From sequence record MT553340.1: a stretch of DNA of 32,000 nucleotides; one strand, 5' to 3'. The notes below the pieces were generated by a model. The model saw only the letters and a program-made list of their open reading frames with translations. It did no database searches and had not been told where the DNA came from. Below, one piece after another: positions 16,944-25,333 of the stretch. How positions within the stretch are numbered: position 1 is the first letter of the stretch; every line of letters starts with the position of its first letter. The position numbers and the translations under genes were made by a program. Source of the stretch: Microbacterium phage Glamour.

Positions 16944-17726
16944 ATGGCAACCCTCAAGAACCACAAGGGCTTCTGGCTCCGGGACGACGCGGCGGCGGCG
17001 TTCGATGCCTACGAAGCCAAGTACGGCAAGCGCACTGTCAACAGCGCCGGTCGCACCAAGGCCGAACAGCAGGGTCTCATCAACCGCTGGGACGCTGGTG
17101 GCAAGTACAACCGACCCCCGTACCTCTACGCACCGGCCCGACCGGCCAGCGCGAGCAACCACGTTCGCAATGGAGGTGTGGCCATCGACATCGGCGATTG
17201 GCGTACCTTCAAGGAGCACTCCGAGGAGTTCGGCTTCAAGTGGTACGGCAACTCGGACGTCGTTCACTTCGACTTCGTCGGCTGGAACGGTGGAGTGTCT
17301 CAGGACACCAAGAACCGTCAGGAGTGGCTGAACAAGGCTCGGGGAGAGAAGCTCGTCGTCGACGGCATCCAGGGCAAGGCCACCACGGCCGCGATCAAGC
17401 GCTACCAGAAGTTCCTCGGCGTGACCGCTGACGGCATCTGGGGTGACCGCACTCAGGCCGCGCACCAGACGTACTGGGATGCATGGCACTCCAAGCCGAC
17501 CCCCAAGCCGGGTCGCGGCGTCATCCGCCGTGGGAGCAAGGGCCAGCTGGTCAAGGACCTCCAGGCTCGGCTGAAGCGGGACTACGGTCTGTACGCCTCG
17601 AAGCTGGCTGTCGACGGCATCTTCGGACCCGCGACTGAGGCCGTGGTTCGGGAGTTCCAGAAGCGCGCCGGACTCGTGGTCGACGGCATCGTCGGCGAAA
17701 AGACGTGGGCCAAGCTCGGCTTCTAA
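16944..17726 (+). CDS. Endolysin: M15/VanY-like peptidase domain plus two PG_binding_1 repeats
   Basis: 260 aa. SNHVRNGGVAIDIGDW...GNSDVVHFDFVGW matches the HxxxxxxD...HxD zinc peptidase arrangement. VDGIQGKATTAAIKRYQKFLGVTADGIWG and VDGIFGPATEAVVREFQKRAGLVVDGIVG are peptidoglycan-binding repeats. SD AAGGAGA. Confidence 0.9.
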   Translation: MATLKNHKGFWLRDDAAAAFDAYEAKYGKRTVNSAGRTKAEQQGLINRWDAGGKYNRPPYLYAPARPASASNHVRNGGVAIDIGDWRTFKEHSEEFGFKWYGNSDVVHFDFVGWNGGVSQDTKNRQEWLNKARGEKLVVDGIQGKATTAAIKRYQKFLGVTADGIWGDRTQAAHQTYWDAWHSKPTPKPGRGVIRRGSKGQLVKDLQARLKRDYGLYASKLAVDGIFGPATEAVVREFQKRAGLVVDGIVGEKTWAKLGF

Positions 17727-17745
17727 GCTACACTGGAGGGGTAGT

Positions 17746-18129
17746 ATGCTGGAGGTAATCGAACGCATTGGGGCCGTCCTGACCCCTATCCTCGTGACCG
17801 TCATCACGGTGTACGGGGGAGTGCTGGTGGCCCGTCTCAACAAGGTCAATAACAAGGTCGAGAAGGTACAGTCGGACATCATCACCAACCATGGAAGCAA
17901 GAACATCGGTGACGCGATCGATCGCCTCACCACCAAGGTAGGAGCCATCTCTGAAAACCAAGACCGTCTGATCCTGGACGTGGCGGCTCTCAAGAGGCAC
18001 GACGCCGAGGTGGATACCCGGCTGGACAACATCGACAAGTCCAGCACGGATACCCGTAATGCAGTAACCGACACCATCCGTGTCGTCAAGCCGTTCCACA
18101 AGCTCGTGGACAAGCTGAAAGGTAACTAA
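17746..18129 (+). CDS. Membrane protein with N-terminal TM helix and coiled coil; lysis-associated / DUF2746-like
   Basis: 127 aa. MLEVIERIGAVLTPILVTVITVYGGVLVARLNKVNNKVEK..., immediately after the endolysin. Confidence 0.65.
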   Translation: MLEVIERIGAVLTPILVTVITVYGGVLVARLNKVNNKVEKVQSDIITNHGSKNIGDAIDRLTTKVGAISENQDRLILDVAALKRHDAEVDTRLDNIDKSSTDTRNAVTDTIRVVKPFHKLVDKLKGN

Positions 18130-18130
18130 C

Positions 18131-18403
18131 ATGGAAACCGTTGCAACTCTCGCAACCGTCCCCGCTGTCATCGCCCTGGTGACGCTCTTCAAGGATCTCG
18201 GTCTCCCGAGCAAGCTGTCACCGCTGGTGGCCGTGGTGCTCGGTGTGGCCCTCACGATCCTCGGTGCCCTCTCGCTCGGCACCGTGTCCAATTGGTACGA
18301 GACGGTCTCGCTCGGGGTCATCCTCGGGCTGAGCGCGTCCGGCCTGTACGATGGCGCTCGTGCCATCGGCAACAAGACGCCCGACACCTCGTCGGTCGAG
18401 TAA
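18131..18403 (+). CDS. Putative holin
   Basis: 90 aa with multiple predicted TM helices (VPAVIALVTLFKDLG, LVAVVLGVALTILGALSLG, VSLGVILGLSASGLYDGA). Positioned after the endolysin. Confidence 0.7.
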   Translation: METVATLATVPAVIALVTLFKDLGLPSKLSPLVAVVLGVALTILGALSLGTVSNWYETVSLGVILGLSASGLYDGARAIGNKTPDTSSVE

Positions 18404-18413
18404 GGAAACACAC

Positions 18414-18833
18414 ATGGCAATCGACTTCAGCACGAGCGCAACTCAGGCGCTCACGGCCAGCTACGGCCACACGGCAGAGAAGACCTGGAGCACGGTCCGG
18501 AACTTCCCGTCCGGCCCTGCGAAGGTGCTCTTCACCGACATCTCGGTGGGGTACATCTCCAACATCGGGTTCATCTCGTACACGTTCAACTTCGCCGTCT
18601 ACCGGATCGGCTTCTACCGGAACGGGTACGGGGCTGGCTACGGCAAGCGGAACATGACCTCGGTCACCAAGTACTGGGGAGTCCAGTCGTGGGTGTCCAT
18701 GGGGAGTGTCCCTGCTGGCCAGTACCGGATGGTCACCCAGAGTGACTACATCAACAACGGCCCGAACGGCAAGAACGGCCCGTACCCGATGCCCGGTGAG
18801 GTCCGCGCGAGCTTCCGGATCATCGTCGGCTGA
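18414..18833 (+). CDS. Hypothetical Tyr/Gly/Phe-rich protein at the end of the late operon
   Basis: Internal ATG at 18414 with SD TAAGGA. 139 aa MAIDFSTSATQALTASYGHTAEKTWSTVRNF...FRIIVG. Last gene before the convergent terminator. Confidence 0.7.
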   Translation: MAIDFSTSATQALTASYGHTAEKTWSTVRNFPSGPAKVLFTDISVGYISNIGFISYTFNFAVYRIGFYRNGYGAGYGKRNMTSVTKYWGVQSWVSMGSVPAGQYRMVTQSDYINNGPNGKNGPYPMPGEVRASFRIIVG

Positions 18834-18846
18834 CGCCTGACAAGCA

Positions 18847-18879
18847 AGAAGCCCTCCCCGGTAGCCGAGGAGGGCTTCT
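18847..18879. terminator. Bidirectional-type terminator between convergent operons
   Basis: Perfect 11-bp stem AGAAGCCCTCC/GGAGGGCTTCT with 11-nt loop, between the stops of the last plus-strand and last minus-strand genes. The minus strand ends in a short purine/T context rather than a long U-tract. Confidence 0.85.
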
Positions 18880-18891
18880 CTTGTGCTCGGG

Positions 18892-19068
18892 TTAGGCTAG
18901 CGGGAACCGCTCCTCCAGGCCAACCACGGCGACCCCGAGGTCGGTCTCGAGCCGACCGCGCTGGTGGTCGATGCGGCGGATGCGGATGACCGTGGCCTCA
19001 TTGCCCTCTGGGTCGATGATGACCTGGCCCTTGGTGAGATCCTCTGCCTTGATGCCCTTGCTAGCCAT
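18892..19068 (-). CDS. Hypothetical protein, 58 aa (MASKGIKAEDLTKGQVIIDPEGNEATVIRIRRIDHQRGRLETDLGVAVVGLEERFPLA)
   Basis: Minus-strand ORF with strong SD AAGGAGG before ATG at 19068. Codon use is coding-like. Below the ORF-track size cutoff. Confidence 0.8.
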   Translation of the reverse strand: MASKGIKAEDLTKGQVIIDPEGNEATVIRIRRIDHQRGRLETDLGVAVVGLEERFPLA

Positions 19069-19112
19069 GATGGCCTCCTTGCTGGTGGTGGGGTACTGCT
19101 TCGAACACTTGA

Positions 19113-19141
19113 AGTTTAGTGGAGTTCGATCGAGAACTCAA
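19113..19141 (-). promoter_or_regulatory. Putative sigma70-like promoter for the 18892-19068 gene with overlapping palindrome
   Basis: On the minus strand TTGAGT (19141-19136), 17-nt spacer, TAAACT (19118-19113). The inverted repeat GAGTTC/GAACTC lies across the -35/spacer. Confidence 0.35.
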
Positions 19142-19290
19142 ATCGAGCGGGAGTACTGGAACTCGACCCAGTTGTATTCCCCCTGCTCCCCGTGAGGGTA
19201 CTGCTCGACCCAGCGCTCGGCGCGCTTGCGAGAGGAGGTGTGGCCGACGACGAAGACTTCGCCCTTGAAGGAACCGATGATGATGAACAT
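19138..19290 (-). CDS. Hypothetical protein, 50 aa (MFIIIGSFKGEVFVVGHTSSRKRAERWVEQYPHGEQGEYNWVEFQYSRSI)
   Basis: Internal ATG of the 19138..19362 ORF. The downstream part looks like a compact folded domain; the longer N-terminus looks non-coding. Confidence 0.5.
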   Translation of the reverse strand: MFIIIGSFKGEVFVVGHTSSRKRAERWVEQYPHGEQGEYNWVEFQYSRSI

Positions 19291-19459
19291 GAGAGTAGTT
19301 TGCCTGACTACTTCGAGTTCCGCAAACCCTCGTTCGCGAGAGCGGCCACGACCTCGGCGCACTGGAGGAGTAGCTTCATTCTAGTAGGCTCGTCGATGCC
19401 CCTGAGGCGCTGAGCGCGCTGTTCAGGGGACATCTTGACAAGCTGTGCCAGTGTGACGC

Positions 19460-20329
19460 TCACAGCCAAGCTCCCTTGGTGGGGCGCTTGCCGAACGCGA
19501 AGCTCACGTCGTCCCGGCTCGGCTCCAGTGTGGCCGTGAAGGTGATGCGACGGCCCTTGAGACCGTCCATCCAGCCCTCGTACTCGTCGCCGGTGTACTC
19601 CTCAACAGCCTGATCTGCCTGAGCCTTGGGGAGCGAGCACCACACCTTGAAGCCCTGGTCGTCCTTGACCAGGATCTTGTAGGCCACACCGTAGTCGCTC
19701 TCGACGACCTTCGTGCTGGCAACCTCACCGGTCACGACCACGCGGCCCGAGGGAGCCGGGTGAGCCTGAGCCTCAGCGTCGCGCTCGGCCTGGATGGTGA
19801 CCATCTTGCGGACAGCGGCCACCATGTTGTCGGTGAGGCCGTTCTCGGACGCGTTGAAGAGCTTGCCAGCCATCGTGCGAAGGAAGCCGTTGGTGCGCTT
19901 GATGACCGAGTAGTCGCCCGTGTCGTAGGCTTCGTTCTCGTCGTCGTAGGTCTTCTTCAGGAGGGCCAGCACCTCGGGGTCGGAGAGCTTGAGAGCCTCG
20001 ACACGAGCGTCGCGAGCGGCGACCACCTTGAGACGCTCGGCCTCACGCTTACGGTCACGCTGAGCCTTGCGGACAGCGCGCTCGTGGCACCACTTCTCAG
20101 CAACCTTACGGTCGGAGCCGAGGTGGTCGCCGAGCTTGGCAGAGGTGTTGTCGCAGTCGTAGCAACGGGAGTGCTCACCGTTGTGGGAGTAGTGACCCTG
20201 TCCACCACAACGACGGCAACCCTTGTAGAACTCTCCCTCGAACTCCAGGTAGTAGAAGCCCTCGTGCTCGATGAAGGTGGGGTTGATGGGTGCGAAGCCG
20301 GTGTTGTTCATGAGATCAGTTTTGCACAC
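19460..20329 (-). CDS. Hypothetical protein with N-terminal zinc-finger-like CxxCxGxG...CxxC motif
   Basis: 289 aa. CRRCGGQGHYSHNGEHSRCYDCD, a central charged helix, and a C-terminal OB-like beta segment (GRVVVTGEVASTKVVESDYGVAYKILVKDDQGFKVWCSLP). ATG at 20311 is an alternative start. Confidence 0.75.
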   Translation of the reverse strand: MCKTDLMNNTGFAPINPTFIEHEGFYYLEFEGEFYKGCRRCGGQGHYSHNGEHSRCYDCDNTSAKLGDHLGSDRKVAEKWCHERAVRKAQRDRKREAERLKVVAARDARVEALKLSDPEVLALLKKTYDDENEAYDTGDYSVIKRTNGFLRTMAGKLFNASENGLTDNMVAAVRKMVTIQAERDAEAQAHPAPSGRVVVTGEVASTKVVESDYGVAYKILVKDDQGFKVWCSLPKAQADQAVEEYTGDEYEGWMDGLKGRRITFTATLEPSRDDVSFAFGKRPTKGAWL

Positions 20330-20347
20330 CTTCGAGAGAAGCGCAAA

Positions 20348-20509
20348 TCAACCGAGGAGGTACACCACTCCGAACAGGAACGCCTGTAGCATGTCCATGC
20401 CATAAATAGACAGGAACACGGCTACGGCCACGAGTACCGTACCGAGGGCCACTGTGAACAGCAGAGGCAACCACAGGAACGGGATGAGGAACAGGTTGAT
20501 CTTACTCAT
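20348..20509 (-). CDS. Small transmembrane protein, 53 aa
   Basis: MSKINLFLIPFLWLPLLFTVALGTVLVAVAVFLSIYGMDMLQAFLFGVVYLLG. ATG at 20509 overlaps the stop of the upstream primase-helicase gene. Below the ORF-track size cutoff. Confidence 0.7.
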   Translation of the reverse strand: MSKINLFLIPFLWLPLLFTVALGTVLVAVAVFLSIYGMDMLQAFLFGVVYLLG

Positions 20510-22188
20510 GATGTAATCTCCTCTGGAGCGGGCTTCTTGATGATCTTGAGCTTGTCGTTGAGGTAGTGCTGGTCGTTGCCCATCTTGGTCTGGACCCCGA
20601 GCCTCAGGAAGTCGCTGTCCTCCTCGGGGCTGGCCAAGCTCAGCACGAACTCACACCACGCGTGAAGGGCCGTGGCTCCCAGGATCGTCTCCTGGATGCT
20701 CTCACCCTTCTCGAAGACGCGCTTGCGAGTGTGGTGGATGAACATGATGGCACAGCCAGTAGCTCGGGCGATGGTGCGGACGTCCTTGAGGATGCTGTTC
20801 ATTTCCTTCTGGTCCGACACGTTGTGGTCTCCGATGGCCATGCTGAGAGTGTCGATGATGACAAGCTTGAGCTTGTACTTCTCGATGGTCTCGTACAGCC
20901 GTTGCTTGTCCTCGGGGGTACTCAGGTCGGCTGTCGAGAAGTGGGTGAACAGGCTCATGGGGACCGGCGGCTCCCACGTGAGGTCAGGCTTGATGTGGCC
21001 GTCCCAGTGATACTTGTACCGGCCATTGTCGACGTCCAGCGACTTGCGCAGACGGTCAGCGAACAGGTACTCCCCGTCCTCCAGGGAGAGGAATCCCACC
21101 GACACGGGACGCCTCAGCCCGATGCCGAGCGGCCTGCGACCCGTTGCCAGCCCGAGAACCATCTCTATAGCGACACGGGTCTTGCCCACCTTGGGAGCGG
21201 CCACGAGCAGACCGACACCGGCCTCGGGGATGATGCCAGGCACGACCCACTTCATTGGCTTGCGCACGATCGGCCCGAAGGCTCCAGGTGTGGCCAGCTT
21301 CCAGGCTTCTACCTCGGGGGTCTCGTGACTGTCGTGCTCCTCCTGAGCCTGCTGTTGCTCAGGATCGCGCTCGGCTGGCTTGGTAGGCTCGGCCTCATAC
21401 GCGCGTCCGATGTCCTCCTTGAGACGCTCGGGGTCGTCAGCCCACTTGTTCCACTTGGTGGCCTTGATGAGCTTGAAGGCCAAGTCCTGAGGGAGTCCAA
21501 GCTCGGACGCGTTACGTGCGAACCTCCAGAGCACCTTAGACCGGTCACCGTAAGGGTCGTCTGCTCCTAGCTCGCTGGCCAGACCGGCCTTGAAGCCAAG
21601 ACCCTTGGCCACACGAGACAGCAACTGACCGCGCGTGTACACGGTGCCAGCCGAGCGCAGGATGCGACCCTGGAACGGCTCCCGCTTGTGGTGCCAGGTG
21701 CCAGGCACTCGGAGAAGCTGGCCGATGTCCACGCCGGACTTGTCGGCCCCGAGCGCCTGAGTCAGCATCCCGATGAAGCCGTCACGGTGGAACTCTGAGG
21801 CCGGGAGCGGCTCGCTGAGGAGCCAGATCGCCTGCTTGTGGCCGGGGCTGGTCTCCCACATGTAGGAGGGCCGGAGACTCTCGAGAAGCTTGTCGTTGTA
21901 GCTGTCGTCGCAGTCCACCCAGACCACGCGCTGAGCGGGGTAGTTGCTTCCGCTCGTGCCCTTCTTGATACGCCGGGTCTCACCGTGGCTGACAGCGGGA
22001 GTCCAGTACCAATCGACTGAGTCGGTAAGCTCGGGCACCTCAGGCTTGCGAGCGTTCAGCGAAGCACCCTCACGGAAGCGCTCCTTGTCCTTGACCCCGA
22101 TGTTGGCGATGTGTGGCATCCACACGTTGCCAGACACTCCAGCATGACGCCACACCTTGCGCATGAGGTCTAGAGGCTTGATATCCAC
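20506..22188 (-). CDS. Primase-helicase fusion: AEP/RepB-like primase domain plus RecA-fold (RepA-like) ATPase
   Basis: 560 aa. N-terminal RVVWVDCDD, SPGHKQAIWLL and GVDIGQLLRVPGTWHHK fit AEP motifs I-III. C-terminal GVGLLVAAPKVGKTRVAIE (Walker A) and LKLVIIDTLSM (Walker B). Confidence 0.8.
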   Translation of the reverse strand: MDIKPLDLMRKVWRHAGVSGNVWMPHIANIGVKDKERFREGASLNARKPEVPELTDSVDWYWTPAVSHGETRRIKKGTSGSNYPAQRVVWVDCDDSYNDKLLESLRPSYMWETSPGHKQAIWLLSEPLPASEFHRDGFIGMLTQALGADKSGVDIGQLLRVPGTWHHKREPFQGRILRSAGTVYTRGQLLSRVAKGLGFKAGLASELGADDPYGDRSKVLWRFARNASELGLPQDLAFKLIKATKWNKWADDPERLKEDIGRAYEAEPTKPAERDPEQQQAQEEHDSHETPEVEAWKLATPGAFGPIVRKPMKWVVPGIIPEAGVGLLVAAPKVGKTRVAIEMVLGLATGRRPLGIGLRRPVSVGFLSLEDGEYLFADRLRKSLDVDNGRYKYHWDGHIKPDLTWEPPVPMSLFTHFSTADLSTPEDKQRLYETIEKYKLKLVIIDTLSMAIGDHNVSDQKEMNSILKDVRTIARATGCAIMFIHHTRKRVFEKGESIQETILGATALHAWCEFVLSLASPEEDSDFLRLGVQTKMGNDQHYLNDKLKIIKKPAPEEITS

Positions 22189-22457
22189 TCTACTACTTCC
22201 TGAACCTTGGGGTCGTGGCTGACGAACGTTACTCCACCGGCCTGACGGAACTTCTTGAGGTTGTAGCGCTGAGCTACGCTCGGTTGCTCACGGGCTGTGC
22301 GCTTAGCCTCAATCGCGAAGAAGTGCCCGTGAGCGCACCCTACGATGTCGGGGGTTCCCTTCTGCTGAAAGGAACCCCCGTGGGTGCGAAGACAGTACAC
22401 TCCTGGCAGGGCATTGAGCCGAGCCATCATCTTACGTACGATCTCCGCTTCATCCAT
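22170..22457 (-). CDS. VRR-NUC domain nuclease
   Basis: 95 aa. GVYCLRTHGGSFQQKGTPDIVGCAHGHFFAIEAKR matches the G-x-PD...ExK PD-(D/E)XK VRR-NUC signature. Confidence 0.85.
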   Translation of the reverse strand: MDEAEIVRKMMARLNALPGVYCLRTHGGSFQQKGTPDIVGCAHGHFFAIEAKRTAREQPSVAQRYNLKKFRQAGGVTFVSHDPKVQEVVEWISSL

Positions 22458-22459
22458 CG

Positions 22460-23275
22460 TCAGCGACGCTTGACGACGCGCTTGCGAGCGGGAGCGGCGG
22501 TCTTCTTGGCCGGTGCCCGACGCTTGGGAGCGGGAGCCTCTTCCGGCTCCTCTTCCTCGTCCTCGTCCTCGTCGTCCTCGAACTCCTCGTCTTCGAGTTC
22601 CTCGTCGTCCAGGTCGTCCTCGTCGAGGTCGTCCTCGTCGTCCTCGTCGGCCTCCTGCTCCTCCTCGATCATCTCGATGAGGTCGGCCTTCTTGACGCCG
22701 TTGGTGTCGATGCCCAGCGACTTGGCCAGCTTGCGAAGCTCGGGGAGCGTGAGGGTCGAGAGGTCTTCGCCCTCGTCCTCCTCATCCTCCTCGTCCTCAG
22801 CCTCGTCGGCCTCGTCGTAGTCGTCGCCCTCTTCGTCCTCGTACTCCTCGTCGTCGTCGGGAGCCGAGCCGTCCTCGTCGTCCAGGACGCTGAGGTCGTA
22901 GGTCGCGTCGACGGTGGAGCGACCAGCGTACTGACCGACCTCGTCCGAGACCTCGACGGCGATCTCCTTGCCGACCGGGCTGTTGGGGTCGATGTTGAGC
23001 GCCTTCTTGGGCACCGAGATGCCAGCGGCCACGAGCAGGTCGCGGAGCTTCCAGAGCTGGTTCTGCTGGAGCTTGCAGTAGAACGGGAAGCGACGTGCCT
23101 TGTAGCGCGGGTCGGTGGGCACGAGCGCGTACACGAGCATGTCCGTGCCGTCCTGTGCCTCCTTCTCCTCGACGCTTGCGATCTTCATCCGGTGCAGACC
23201 CTCGGGGATGCCCTTGGTGTTCCAGCCCGAACGCTCTTCGACCTTGGTGAAGTCGAGACGGATCTTCTTTGCCAT
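22460..23275 (-). CDS. ssDNA-binding-like (DUF669-type) protein with acidic region, SAP/HeH-like helix pair and basic tail
   Basis: 271 aa. N-terminal LDFTKVEERSGWNTKGIPEGLHRMKIASVEEKEAQDGTDMLVYALVP, then Asp/Glu-rich tracts, LSTLTLPELRKLAKSLGIDTNGVKKADLIEMI, and RRAPAKKTAAPARKRVVKRR. Confidence 0.7.
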   Translation of the reverse strand: MAKKIRLDFTKVEERSGWNTKGIPEGLHRMKIASVEEKEAQDGTDMLVYALVPTDPRYKARRFPFYCKLQQNQLWKLRDLLVAAGISVPKKALNIDPNSPVGKEIAVEVSDEVGQYAGRSTVDATYDLSVLDDEDGSAPDDDEEYEDEEGDDYDEADEAEDEEDEEDEGEDLSTLTLPELRKLAKSLGIDTNGVKKADLIEMIEEEQEADEDDEDDLDEDDLDDEELEDEEFEDDEDEDEEEEPEEAPAPKRRAPAKKTAAPARKRVVKRR

Positions 23276-23310
23276 GATGTGTTTCTCTTCTCTTTCTTGG
23301 GGTATCTCGA

Positions 23311-23979
23311 CTAGCGGGTCCAGCCGAGAAGCTGGTTCAGTCGGCCGATGCTCGGCGACTTGAGGTAGGGAGGGGTTCCGTTGTAGACGCGGCTACGAGC
23401 ACCGGCCACAATCGAGGAGGACGGCCCGAGCCAGAGACGCCGAACGGGCTTCTCGTTGACGTGAGCCACGTACAGACGGCCGATGACGTCGGACATCTGG
23501 AGCAGACCTGAGGCCGCGCCGGGGGAGAGGTCGACCGTAGTCATGACCCCTGTGTCCTCGTCGACGTCCTCAGAGACCCAGTCCTCGTTCGGCAGGATGA
23601 GCTTCTCCTGAGCCAGGACGATGCTCTGCTTGGACTTCTCGTCGCGCAGAGTGCGGATGAGGGCCAGCAGAGCGCTGTTCGCCGTGCCGTACTGAGCCTG
23701 AGAAGCTCCCCCACCTCGGGTCATCTCGAACAGCATCGTGGCGTGCAGAGATGTGGCCGTGTCCACGATGATCCGGTCGTGGCTCCGAACGAAGGCACCG
23801 TTCATGAGCTTGGACAGGTTCTTGGCGGACATGTCCTCCTCGACCGTGATGCCGGTGAGGTCGAATCCGATGAGACCCTGGTCAGCCGAGAGGATCGCGG
23901 TCTTGCCCTTCTTGGCGTCCTTGAGGGCCAGCGTGGTCTTGCCAACCTTGGGTCGGCTGTAGATCGTGTAGATGCTCAC
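23311..23979 (-). CDS. Sak4-like RecA-fold recombination ATPase
   Basis: GTG start at 23979 after SD GAGGAAG. VSIYTIYSRPKVGKTTLALKDAKKGKTAILSADQG carries Walker A, and DRIIVDTATSLHATM Walker B. Confidence 0.75.
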   Translation of the reverse strand: MSIYTIYSRPKVGKTTLALKDAKKGKTAILSADQGLIGFDLTGITVEEDMSAKNLSKLMNGAFVRSHDRIIVDTATSLHATMLFEMTRGGGASQAQYGTANSALLALIRTLRDEKSKQSIVLAQEKLILPNEDWVSEDVDEDTGVMTTVDLSPGAASGLLQMSDVIGRLYVAHVNEKPVRRLWLGPSSSIVAGARSRVYNGTPPYLKSPSIGRLNQLLGWTR

Positions 23980-24113
23980 AGAACGGCTTCCTCTCGTGCT
24001 CGGTGTGCCCACTTGATGCTGAGCGGCCCCACCTCGGGAGCCAGCGTCACGACACATGCCTCTCCAGGCTGAGCCTCACAGTAGTCGCACTTGTGGTCGA
24101 TGGCTTTCTTCAC
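23976..24113 (-). CDS. Small zinc-binding-like protein, 45 aa (CDYCEAQPGEACVV...H)
   Basis: GTG at 24113: VKKAIDHKCDYCEAQPGEACVVTLAPEVGPLSIKWAHRAREEAVL. Coupled to the next gene (GTGA) and overlaps the previous one. Confidence 0.65.
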   Translation of the reverse strand: MKKAIDHKCDYCEAQPGEACVVTLAPEVGPLSIKWAHRAREEAVL

Positions 24114-25273
24114 TTCTTCGTTCCCTTCTTCTGGTTGGGGTAGTAGTCGAGCGGGTCGCGGGTAGTGACGTACCTCGTGCGCTGTTCGATCTCGCTGGTG
24201 CCGTGCATGAGGTCGGCCACGGTGAGGTCCTTGTAGTTGCACATGAAGCTGGAGCACGCGTGAAGGTTGCGCTCCACACAATCCGGGTCATCCCACTTGT
24301 ATTGTAGCAGACGCCGAGCCGAAGTGACAAACGACTTGCGCTGACGCTCTGCCTGCTCGGGGGTGAACACCAGACGGTCGCGCCGGAACTCTCCTGAGTA
24401 GTCCTTGTGCTTCAGTTCGACCAGGAACTCCTCGATGTAGGCTCGCTCCTTGGGGTCTTCGACAGCGAGCAAGTCCTTGCCCCGGATGACCGTGAGCATA
24501 CCGTTCTCGATGAGCCACTCACGGAACACCGGGTAGGTCGTGCCTCCAGGCTTCAGCACGCGGCTGATGGTGCCCTTCTGAGTGAGGGTCGGCCGCTTGA
24601 TGGCGTTCGTACGACAGTAGTCGTAGATGAACCCCTTGGGCTGAGGGAGCGGCTTCCCCTTGTACCGAAGCGCCTTGTACTCGGGCGATGTGGCCACGGC
24701 CCACAGGTACGAGTAGTGCTGGAAGGCAAGCTCTCGATACCTCCAGTCGGGAAGCTGAGCGTGAGTCTTGTGGTCGCCGAGCCACACATCGCCGTACTCG
24801 TCGATCCAGATGATGTCGATACGGCCTCGGTAGAGCACCTTACCCTTGAACATGGGTCGCTCGACGGTAAGCTCCACAGCAACGGGGGTCAGCACGTCGT
24901 TCCGGTGAACGTAGTCGTAGCTGAGCACGATGTTGTAGCACTCCTCAGCCAGACCGGCTGTCTCCTCCTCGAAGGTGGTCTCCTCGGCCTTCCGAGTCAG
25001 CTCCTTGTGGAGCTTCTTCCAGTCCCCTCCCTTGCCCCGCTCTTCGAGCAGAGCGTGGACCCAGGTGCCACGAGTGAGCGGCTTGGACTCGATACGCGGC
25101 CGAAGCCCGAGCACGATCCCGTAGTAGGTCTCTCGTGGGCACTCGACGAAGGTGCTCACCATGGACTGAGTGATGACGAGCTTGCCATCCTCGGTTGTGG
25201 GCCAAGTGCCACGGGGTCCGTGCCAGGCCTTCGATCCGGGCTTCTTGCCCGTGCTCGGGAGTCGGGTAGCCAT
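24110..25273 (-). CDS. Cas4/RecB-like PD-(D/E)XK exonuclease
   Basis: GKLVITQSMVSTFVECPRETYYGIVLGLRPRIESKPLTRGTWVHALLE, and GRIDIIWIDEYGDVWLGDHKTH matches the D...DxK active-site arrangement. ATG at 25273 within the 24110..25309 ORF. Confidence 0.85.
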   Translation of the reverse strand: MATRLPSTGKKPGSKAWHGPRGTWPTTEDGKLVITQSMVSTFVECPRETYYGIVLGLRPRIESKPLTRGTWVHALLEERGKGGDWKKLHKELTRKAEETTFEEETAGLAEECYNIVLSYDYVHRNDVLTPVAVELTVERPMFKGKVLYRGRIDIIWIDEYGDVWLGDHKTHAQLPDWRYRELAFQHYSYLWAVATSPEYKALRYKGKPLPQPKGFIYDYCRTNAIKRPTLTQKGTISRVLKPGGTTYPVFREWLIENGMLTVIRGKDLLAVEDPKERAYIEEFLVELKHKDYSGEFRRDRLVFTPEQAERQRKSFVTSARRLLQYKWDDPDCVERNLHACSSFMCNYKDLTVADLMHGTSEIEQRTRYVTTRDPLDYYPNQKKGTKK

Positions 25274-25333
25274 CAGAGCACCCCCACAGCCACATAGCAC
25301 GAGATGCATCCCTGAAGGTGCTGGCCCGTGTGC

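Noticed and set aside
20566-21570. 334-aa plus-strand ORF opposite the primase-helicase
   Set aside because: Antisense to Walker motifs of a confident gene. No SD or promoter for a plus-strand gene.
22215-22820. Plus-strand ORF with poly-Ser runs
   Set aside because: The Ser runs are the complementary reading of the Asp/Glu codon tracts in the SSB-like gene, not a real Ser-rich protein.
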